Shown here piece after piece: positions 8,961 through 15,501 of a stretch of 25,795 nucleotides of DNA. Each line of letters starts with the position of its first letter. The stretch's first letter is position 1. Location: positions 1-25,795 of the forward strand of contig JBMSSC010000025.1 of assembly GCA_049424145.1 (NCBI GenBank), given 5' to 3'. Source of the stretch: Bdellovibrionia bacterium. GTDB taxonomy: Bacteria; Bdellovibrionota; UBA1018. The notes beneath the pieces are model-generated. The model searched no databases, was not told where the DNA came from, and worked only from the letters and a program-made list of their open reading frames with translations. The translations under genes were made by a program, and so were the position numbers.

Positions 8961-9737
8961 TCAGTGCCAAGTTCGGGGATGATTTCCTGAGTCAGAATCA
9001 TCGCTTCCATCAAAATCCGTCTGAGCCGGGGGGACGAGCTTTAAGTGCTGCGCCTGCCGCCGTTTTTTTTGTCCAGAGCGGGAGTGGAACTTGGAACTTC
9101 TCTTTTGGGAGGCCCCACTCCAGGTCTTGGCCCAGCTCATACTCCTCCACCCCCTCTGCCCCCAGAAATAGGCCAGTCCTGCTGCCATTCCCCCGAGATG
9201 AGCCAATCCTGCCACCGCACTGCCGGATGAAAACACGGAATTCATCAGCTCGATACAAGCCAAGATCCAAATCATGTGCTTGGCTTTCATGGGAAACAGC
9301 ATCATGAAAAGCAAAACCCGATCTCCAAAAAGAAGGCCGTAGGCCATTAAAAGGCCATAGATGCCACCGGAAACCCCGACCAAAGGAGCCCAATGATGGC
9401 CGAACACGCTTTGAATCAAAAGATAAAGAAGGGCCGAGCCCAGGACACAAAAAAGGGAATACCGGATGAAACGAGGAGTTCCCCAGGTCTGCTCAAGCTC
9501 CGAGCCGACAAAAGCGAGCATCAGCAAGTTAAAAAACAAGTGCATCACATCGAGATGCACCAATGAGTAGGTGAGGATCTGCCAAACCTGCAGGCGATGC
9601 ATCACGCCGCTGAAAGTGAGACCCAGAACCTCCAACAGATGGGTTCCAAAAAACTGGTCTCCCGTTTGTTGAATCAGAAAAGTCACAAAACAAAGAACAG
9701 CTGTCCATTTCACAGCCGGAGTGAGACGAATGGGCAT
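8961..9737 (-). CDS. Rhomboid family intramembrane serine protease
   Basis: 'WQILTYSLVH..HLFFNLL', catalytic 'GVSGG' (GxSG) and 'AHLGG', with several TM helices. The start is likely the ATG at 9737 (MPIRLTPAVKW), just after the upstream stop at 9754. Confidence 0.92.
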   Translation of the reverse strand: MPIRLTPAVKWTAVLCFVTFLIQQTGDQFFGTHLLEVLGLTFSGVMHRLQVWQILTYSLVHLDVMHLFFNLLMLAFVGSELEQTWGTPRFIRYSLFCVLGSALLYLLIQSVFGHHWAPLVGVSGGIYGLLMAYGLLFGDRVLLFMMLFPMKAKHMIWILACIELMNSVFSSGSAVAGLAHLGGMAAGLAYFWGQRGWRSMSWAKTWSGASQKRSSKFHSRSGQKKRRQAQHLKLVPPAQTDFDGSDDSDSGNHPRTWH

Positions 9738-9753
9738 AAGTCTTATCAGTATA

Positions 9754-10161
9754 CTAACCTGGCTCCATGAGCTCAATCAGAATACCGCCGGCGTCCCCTG
9801 GATGAATAAAATTCACACGCATTCCTTGGGCGCCTGGCTGAGGTGCTTCATAAATCAGCCTCAACCCTTCTGCCCTCAACTGGTTTAAAATCGGCTCAAG
9901 CTCACCGGCAGAAAAACAAAAGGCCAGGTGATGAATGCCCGGACCTTTTTTTTCAATAAACCGTGCGACCGTCCCTTGAGGATCCAAGGGTTCTAAAAGC
10001 TCCAGATGAGTACTGGTTTCAGGCAGAGGAAGAAAATGAGTCATCACCCCTTGCTCTAAGACCGCTTGCTGGTGCTCCACCGTAAGACCGAGGATTGAAA
10101 ACAGCTTTTTCATTTGAGGGAGGTCTTTCACTGCAATTCCAATGTGATTGAGCGTAATCAT
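9754..10161 (-). CDS. mce: Methylmalonyl-CoA epimerase (VOC/glyoxalase superfamily)
   Basis: 135 aa with 'LNHIGIAV', 'EQGV', 'LELLEP', 'FIEKKGPGIHHLAF' and 'FIHP..AGGILIEL'. SD GGAGGAG lies upstream. Confidence 0.9.
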   Translation of the reverse strand: MITLNHIGIAVKDLPQMKKLFSILGLTVEHQQAVLEQGVMTHFLPLPETSTHLELLEPLDPQGTVARFIEKKGPGIHHLAFCFSAGELEPILNQLRAEGLRLIYEAPQPGAQGMRVNFIHPGDAGGILIELMEPG

Positions 10162-10248
10162 GGATCTCCTCCCTGATTTAACCGACTATCCGGTGAACAA
10201 TCAGAATTGCTGGAATTTTTACCATGATCGGGAATGGAGGGATAGGAG

Positions 10249-10337
10249 AAAAAAGGACGAGGACTACCCACACCTGTTGCTGTACCCGAAATCACCTCAA
10301 CTTCAGTAATTTCAGCAAGTGCAAGCAGTCCTCAGTC
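10249..10337 (-). ncRNA. Putative structured RNA element (long bulged hairpin plus U-tract); could be an sRNA, a processing site or a terminator
   Basis: Minus-strand pairings: GAGGACUGCUUGCAC with GUGUGGGUAGUCCUC (15 bp, 4 G.U), UUGCUG with CAGCAA (6 bp), and AAAUUAC with GUGAUUU (7 bp, 1 G.U), closing a 10-nt loop. U6 follows at 10254-10249. Confidence 0.5.
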
Positions 10338-10378
10338 AAGTCGCCTAAGCCTCGATTACCCACCAAAGTCCTCGTTGC

Positions 10379-11296
10379 CTAGACAATGATCTCATCGGTA
10401 GAGCAAGGAAGAACCTGAGGTCGATTTGCAGAAAAAGGGATGATTTTTTTCAGCTGATGATGAAGCCAATCCATTTCCTGTGAAGTAAAAAACAAAACAT
10501 AGGACACCATCATCAGACCAGCAAAGTAGGGCAATTGGAGAGCGACCCCAATTCCCAAGTGAAGAACCCCGCCTAAGAGGAGCATTGGACGTCTCAGACT
10601 CTGGCTCCAAACAAGCACGGGAAAGTAGATCTCCCAAAATAGGATCACATAATTTGACACGGCGAGCAAAGCAGGGTAACTGCCCAAAGCACTAAAATCC
10701 CACCGCGCGAGTGCAGGATTCATAAGAACATCCCAGACGGCTTCACCTCGCCACCAATGAGTCCCTGATAGCTTAAGAATTCCCGAATAAAAATAGATAA
10801 TGCACACCTGAACCTGAGTTAAACGCAGAAACAAGGAATTGAAGATCCTTCGATAACCCCTTGCACTTGGGTCTGCGTCCGCAAAAGATAGATAAAGAAG
10901 AAAATAAGTCGCAACGGAGTCTACCCCGTAGGCCACCACAGGGTTTCGATGTAAGAATGAAAGGTGAAGTAGGAAGGCTACAAAAGCCAGTAGCCTGGGA
11001 TAAACCCCCAAGGCCATGCCGAGCAAACTTCCTAAGAGCAGAATATGGCAAAACCAAAGCCAAAAAGTCCCTTTTAAAACGGTAAAAACCGAATAAAGAG
11101 CATAAGGACTGATCACCTCGGCCAAATTGGAGAGCATCAAAAGCCCTCGATCGGAGTAAAAATCCTCCAAATCGAAAGAACGGCTGATGAAATAAAAAAA
11201 CAACATGAAGCCGACCAGAAATCGAAACACGATCCCCTGTTTTTGAGCGGGAGACTGAAACCAGAACGAATCCCAACGGGCGTAAAGGGATCTCAA
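10379..11296 (-). CDS. HTTM-domain (SdpB / vitamin K-dependent carboxylase-like) integral membrane protein
   Basis: 305 aa, polytopic. Motifs 'LHRNPVVAYGVD', 'QVQVCIIYFYSGILKLSGTHWWRGEA' and 'LHLGI...LPYF' fit HTTM proteins. TTG start with SD AAGGA 6 nt upstream, 3 bp after the upstream stop. Confidence 0.85.
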   Translation of the reverse strand: MRSLYARWDSFWFQSPAQKQGIVFRFLVGFMLFFYFISRSFDLEDFYSDRGLLMLSNLAEVISPYALYSVFTVLKGTFWLWFCHILLLGSLLGMALGVYPRLLAFVAFLLHLSFLHRNPVVAYGVDSVATYFLLYLSFADADPSARGYRRIFNSLFLRLTQVQVCIIYFYSGILKLSGTHWWRGEAVWDVLMNPALARWDFSALGSYPALLAVSNYVILFWEIYFPVLVWSQSLRRPMLLLGGVLHLGIGVALQLPYFAGLMMVSYVLFFTSQEMDWLHHQLKKIIPFSANRPQVLPCSTDEIIV

Positions 11297-11299
11297 GGG

Positions 11300-11842
11300 C
11301 TATCCTTCTTTCTGCTCACAAAAACTATGGACCATCCATTGACGATCGGTTGAGGAGAGAGACTCTTTTAAAGACCCTGGCTGGGAAAGTTTGCGGCTGG
11401 CTTGAGTTAAGGCCAGAGGGTGCTCCGCTTTTTGCCAAATCTGAACCGACTTGGCCTGAGGCACTTGCGAGCAAACGTAGGGAACCATCATTTTCTCATA
11501 GCGATAAGAAGAACCGTACATGAACCGCACGACGGTGATTCTTCGATTTTGGCGCTCTCTAAAAAAATATGGATCAGGTGAGGTCGGCAAAGTTCCCTGT
11601 TGAATGACTTGCCCGGCAGAGTTGAGAGCCTCCCACTCCAGCGCAGCTGCGAATCCTGGCTCGGGAGCGAAAAAGCCCCACTCCGCCATGAGCCCTGAGA
11701 AACCTAAATAATCTTCAAACAAAAAACGAGCCCTCGCCCCGAGATCAGACTTGTAAAGCATGGGGGCCAACAATACCGATACCAGATGAAAGAGGAGCCA
11801 ACAGGAGAGAAGCCCCTTAACTCCTCTTTCATCCCACCTCAG
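11300..11842 (-). CDS. SdpA / DUF5819-like partner of the HTTM protein (start uncertain)
   Basis: Contains 'WGFFAPEP', resembling the W-x-F/L-F-x-x-x-P motif of SdpA/DUF5819 proteins. The frame stays open upstream of the track's TTG (11773) and encodes a TM segment 'LLSCWLLFHLVSVLLAP'. It lies directly upstream of the HTTM gene. Confidence 0.65.
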   Translation of the reverse strand: MRWDERGVKGLLSCWLLFHLVSVLLAPMLYKSDLGARARFLFEDYLGFSGLMAEWGFFAPEPGFAAALEWEALNSAGQVIQQGTLPTSPDPYFFRERQNRRITVVRFMYGSSYRYEKMMVPYVCSQVPQAKSVQIWQKAEHPLALTQASRKLSQPGSLKESLSSTDRQWMVHSFCEQKEG

Positions 11843-11850
11843 TTTGAAGT

Positions 11851-14079
11851 TTAAAATGTACCCATTCCTCCCATGCCGTAGCCCATGCTAAATCCACCCA
11901 TTGCCATCCCCATGGAGAAGGAACCCATCTGTAGCTGCTGTAAACGCTGTTGCGCTTGCATCAGTTGCTGTTGCGCCAACATCATATCGCCCTGATTTTG
12001 CATCGCATACTGTGGAGCCATACTGGCTTGCATCATCTGAGCATTCAACATCGATTGGTACTGAGGATTGCCATACCCTAAGCCTCCGTAGGGCATTGCG
12101 CCCATACCCATTCCCATACCGAAGCCACCCCCAACGGGCATGGTACTCACAGGCATACCACCCATTCCGAAAGGTGCACCAAGACCCATTCCCGTACCCA
12201 TCATCATCCCAGGCATCCCCATTCCCATGGCGGCCCCAGGAAAACCGGTATAGCCAGGCATGCCCATTCCAACTCCCATTCCTAAGCCCATGCCCGTCCC
12301 CATCGGCATCCCCATTCCCATGCCCATCATTCCAGGCATGCCCATTCCGACTCCCATTCCTAAGCCCATGCCCAAGCCCATCGGCATGCCCATTCCCATG
12401 CCCATCATCATCCCGGGCATTCCCATTCCCATGCCCATTGGCATGCCCATCATCATTCCAGGCATCCCAACGCCCATTCCGATCCCCATGCCTAAGCCCA
12501 TTGGCATGCCCATCATCATCCCGGGCATTCCCATTCCCATGCCCATCATCATCCCGGGCATTCCCATTCCCATGCCCATACCTAGGCCGAGACCCATACC
12601 ACCCAGAGGACCTCCCATGAAGCCAAACCCACCCATATAACCAGGAGGAGAGAGGAAACCAGGCATCGAAGGCACACCTACCCAATTATTGGCGTCTACG
12701 TATGCGCTATACATCCCGTTCTGATTATTCATGTAATTACTGTACATGTTGCTGTAGGCGTTCTGACCAATGGCGTAAGCACCGAGATTCATTCCTCCGA
12801 TCATCGCAGGAGTCAGCGCTGCAATGACTCCCATTGCAACTTCCCCTTTGCTCGGAACTCGGTTCACAAACCCTGCAGGCCCCATCATCCCAAAACCATA
12901 TCCCATGCCGCCTACGACGGACCCACCGGTAGCAGAGGTGTTTTGGGTACAATTCACGCAACCATATTTATCTTTAAGCTCGGCCTTAATTTCAGCAATC
13001 TCAGTTTGAATCTTAGAATTCGTTTCTTCGCATTCTTTATTTTGAATTTCCAGTGCACGAATCTCAAATCCGATTTGGGTGGGAAAACAGCTCATGAGAC
13101 GCCGTTTGCATTGAGGTGATATCTCCTCGATCTTGTCTTCACGCTTGAAGCTCTCAAAAATCTCTTCACAAAGATTTGGATTAAGCGGATTGCTCGCGTC
13201 AGCCCCCGTTTTTCCCACCTCCGAAACACCCTTCGAACTGTCCTCTGGACGATCTCCCGGCTCAACCTGAACCCCGACTGAATTGGACGCAGAACCGGAC
13301 GTCACAGCGGCAGCTGAAAAAGCCCTTCTTACCGGAAGAGTCCGTGCCCCTCCAGCAGAACCAGCACTTTTTACTCCAGGGGCAGAGACTGCTCTCGCTG
13401 AGGTCACTTTTTTTGAAGCATCGGAAGTCGCAGCTTGAATCGGTGAAGCGGCAGATGCCCAGCCGGCAGGTAAGGAGTCCGTTCTTTTATTTAACGGAAC
13501 CTTTTCAGCAGCACCCAAATTCGGCTCAGAGGCTGCTCGCAATCCGCTCGGAGTGCTATCCGAAATCTGAATTTTAATATCGTCAGCACTTACTGAGGGA
13601 TCTGACTTCACGGCTGAATCCAAAGAAGCAACCTTTCTACCCCCCTGAGATTCATTCTCTTCAGACTCTACAGCCGCGGAAGAGACTCGAAATCGAGAAT
13701 ACTGAAAATCCGAAGCAAGGCAGTTGTCTTCATTTGGAGTGAGGTGACATTTGCTCTGACAACCCCCATGCATCGCCTCATAGGCACCCGCTTTCACTCG
13801 ATTCATTAAACCCGAATGAGAAATCGCTAATTTCTTCTTTTCAATATCGAGTTTATTGGTTTTGATGAGCTTTTCACACTTTCCCAATTCTTTTTGTAAG
13901 CTATCTCGCCTCAGAATCAGGTCTTCACGCTCTTGGCTTACGGGACTTTGCCCCTGAGGAATCGCCGGATACATGATTTGAGCTGAACTAGGAGAGGAAG
14001 CTAAAAGCGATGAACAGAGCAAACTAATGCCTACCGTCTGATTCAAATGGACCTTCTTCTGAGTTCGTTTGAATTGCAT
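11851..14079 (-). CDS. Large secreted hypothetical protein with Cys/coiled-coil N-half and Gly/Met-rich low-complexity C-half
   Basis: Likely start is the ATG at 14079 (SD AAGGA 6 nt upstream), giving 742 aa. It has a signal peptide ending 'SPSSA', two coiled-coil-like segments, ~10 Cys including CVNC (12960-12949), then (GM)n/PGMMM repeats and a Q-rich helix. Confidence 0.85.
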   Translation of the reverse strand: MQFKRTQKKVHLNQTVGISLLCSSLLASSPSSAQIMYPAIPQGQSPVSQEREDLILRRDSLQKELGKCEKLIKTNKLDIEKKKLAISHSGLMNRVKAGAYEAMHGGCQSKCHLTPNEDNCLASDFQYSRFRVSSAAVESEENESQGGRKVASLDSAVKSDPSVSADDIKIQISDSTPSGLRAASEPNLGAAEKVPLNKRTDSLPAGWASAASPIQAATSDASKKVTSARAVSAPGVKSAGSAGGARTLPVRRAFSAAAVTSGSASNSVGVQVEPGDRPEDSSKGVSEVGKTGADASNPLNPNLCEEIFESFKREDKIEEISPQCKRRLMSCFPTQIGFEIRALEIQNKECEETNSKIQTEIAEIKAELKDKYGCVNCTQNTSATGGSVVGGMGYGFGMMGPAGFVNRVPSKGEVAMGVIAALTPAMIGGMNLGAYAIGQNAYSNMYSNYMNNQNGMYSAYVDANNWVGVPSMPGFLSPPGYMGGFGFMGGPLGGMGLGLGMGMGMGMPGMMMGMGMGMPGMMMGMPMGLGMGIGMGVGMPGMMMGMPMGMGMGMPGMMMGMGMGMPMGLGMGLGMGVGMGMPGMMGMGMGMPMGTGMGLGMGVGMGMPGYTGFPGAAMGMGMPGMMMGTGMGLGAPFGMGGMPVSTMPVGGGFGMGMGMGAMPYGGLGYGNPQYQSMLNAQMMQASMAPQYAMQNQGDMMLAQQQLMQAQQRLQQLQMGSFSMGMAMGGFSMGYGMGGMGTF
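12397..12579. repeat. 33-bp coding repeat (encodes GMGMPGMMMGM)
   Basis: Identical copies of catgcccatcatcatcccgggcattcccattcc at 12397-12429, 12505-12537 and 12538-12570, plus a partial copy to 12579. Degenerate copies span ~12100-12610. Confidence 0.9.
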
Positions 14080-14561
14080 ACCGCTTCCTTTCAATCCTTG
14101 TTCTCAAACCAGTTTCAATTCTTCTATCTCGTCATTCTATATCGAATTATTTTTTAAATCAAAAAGAGATTTAAATAGAAAAAACCTGATTAATTCACTT
14201 TTAATAATAAAACACAGAGGGTTCAATCATTCGTTCATTAATCTGAAGTGAAAAAAACCATTAACCGCAGGAAATAAAGAATACGAATGAGAAGAAGCAG
14301 AAGCATTCCTATCTTTCTAACGTCAAATCCATGGCTACAAGAAGGTGAGAAGACACTCCACCTGAGAAAAGTCTAATATTCGACTCTCAAGTGAGATCAC
14401 CCATCAAACCAAACATCGAAAGACTGAAAACCCCGCTAATCACTCTAAATCACAACCGACGGCCTGAAACACCAAGTACCCAGTCCAAAAATGCGTGCCT
14501 CAGCCCAGCTAGCTTCCCTTTTCTACAAAGAGAGGTCGCTTTCTTCATGAAGAATCAGAGT

Positions 14562-14584
14562 AAAAACGAAGAGGGGTTCTCCCC
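14562..14584 (-). terminator. Possible weak intrinsic terminator after the 36-aa ORF
   Basis: Minus strand GGGG-AGAA-CCCC followed by TCTTCGTTTTT, immediately after the TAA. Confidence 0.35.
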
Positions 14585-14586
14585 GA

Positions 14587-14697
14587 TTAGCGAGTCTTGC
14601 GCACCGACTGTCGGCGTCTTTTGACCCGAGCCTTCTTCGCAGCTTGACGTCTTCTGTTTTTCATTTTCTGAGCTTTATTTTTTCTGCCTCGTCCCAT
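14587..14697 (-). CDS. Small highly basic protein (36 aa)
   Basis: Below the ORF-track cutoff; translated by hand as MGRGRKNKAQKMKNRRRQAAKKARVKRRRQSVRKTR*. Nineteen of 36 residues are K/R and none are acidic. A short hairpin and T-run follow. Confidence 0.7.
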   Translation of the reverse strand: MGRGRKNKAQKMKNRRRQAAKKARVKRRRQSVRKTR

Positions 14698-14753
14698 ACC
14701 TTTATTTTTCTGACACTTTCTCTAAATAATCAAGTAGTTTAATAAAAGGCTAA

Positions 14754-14782
14754 TTGCCCGGATCCAATCCTTCTGCTAGTTT
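14754..14782 (+). promoter_or_regulatory. Candidate sigma70-type promoter for the carD-family gene
   Basis: TTGCCC (14754-14759), a 17-bp spacer ending in TGc, and TAGTTT (14777-14782), with an AT-rich tract upstream. Confidence 0.35.
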
Positions 14783-14896
14783 TAAATGAAGACATTTTTA
14801 CGCCTTGAGTTAAGCTGATTCTCAATCATAATTTAATAAAATTAAAAAAAGAATAAACAAAGAGACTCAATTGAGCCTCAAAAAAGGGGAGAAAAC

Positions 14897-15466
14897 ATGG
14901 AAACCTACAGTCCAGAGAAAATCCAAAAAACGGAGTTTCTTCCCGGCACTTATGTCATTTATGCAATGCATGGAAAGTGCTACCTCGCAGGACGAGAGAC
15001 GCGAACCATCGGTGGGGTACCGATTGACTTTTACAAACTTGAGCTTAAAAAGGCCCCGTTATCTCGTTCTCAAAAACAAGAGCCTGCCATTTGGGTTCCC
15101 GTTGCTCATGCTCAAGAACGGGGCTTGAGAGCCGCAATGTCTCAGCCCGAAGCCGAGGCTGCTCTTCAGATCCTGATGAGCAGGGAGTATTATTTTAAAC
15201 TTTTAGATGAACCTTGGAGCACCCTTCAGCCCCAACTCGAAAACACGATCCGAATCGAAGGGGGCGAGGGACTGGCTAAGGTAGCCAGTTTTCTCTACGT
15301 CCTGGCTAAAAAACAGATGGTTCCCTCAAGTGACCTATTAAAGTTCAAAGAGAATGTGTTTAAACTCCTGCTGAAAGAGATCTCCGATGCGCTCTGCCTC
15401 AATTCAAAAGCCATTGAAGAGAAGATTCAAAAGGGACTCAGAAGCAAACTCTTTACGGATAGCTAA
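14897..15466 (+). CDS. CarD/CdnL family RNA polymerase-binding transcription regulator (divergent)
   Basis: N-terminal CarD/TRCF-RID pattern 'FLPGTYVIYAMHGKC...ETRTIGG...FYKLE...IWVPV...GLR'. The helical C-domain has a Trp in 'DEPW'. SD GGGGAG lies upstream. Confidence 0.85.
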   Translation: METYSPEKIQKTEFLPGTYVIYAMHGKCYLAGRETRTIGGVPIDFYKLELKKAPLSRSQKQEPAIWVPVAHAQERGLRAAMSQPEAEAALQILMSREYYFKLLDEPWSTLQPQLENTIRIEGGEGLAKVASFLYVLAKKQMVPSSDLLKFKENVFKLLLKEISDALCLNSKAIEEKIQKGLRSKLFTDS

Positions 15467-15491
15467 AGAAATCAACGGTTTGCTTGCCGTT
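15465..15491 (-). terminator. Possible intrinsic terminator between the convergent carD-like and topB-recQ genes
   Basis: Minus strand AACGG-CAAGCAAA-CCGTT (15491-15474) followed by GATTTCTTT. Confidence 0.4.
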
Positions 15492-15501
15492 CGCCCGAGA
15501 C

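Noticed and set aside
8961..9737. Rhomboid as a rhombosortase or processing enzyme for the GM-rich protein
   Set aside because: It is separated from that operon by a hairpin/U-tract and mce. The GM-rich protein lacks a GlyGly-CTERM-type TM plus basic tail, so the link rests on proximity only.
12397..12579. 33-bp repeats as a possible CRISPR array
   Set aside because: Copies are directly adjacent without unique spacers, are in-frame coding, and no cas genes are present.
11901..12640. Plus-strand ORFs with 'PIPMPIIIPG' and 'CPSSSRAFPFP' repeats
   Set aside because: Antisense shadows of the same repeat region.
11888..12685. 265-aa alternative-frame ORF with His/Asp-rich 'GHGNGNARDDD' repeats that look like a metal-binding protein
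   Set aside because: It is a shifted reading of the GGx-ATG repeats, which cannot generate stops. It lies wholly inside the 742-aa gene, and I saw no SD or slippery site.
14484..14500. Sigma54-like 'GGCACG' on the minus strand upstream of the GM-rich gene
   Set aside because: The -12 GC is absent at the required spacing (reads AGGCACGCATTTTTGG).
14391..14624. 77-aa plus-strand ORF (and 14069-14251) in the long intergenic region
   Set aside because: No recognisable motif or SD; the first overlaps the better-supported 36-aa ORF antisense and the second is AT-rich promoter-like DNA.
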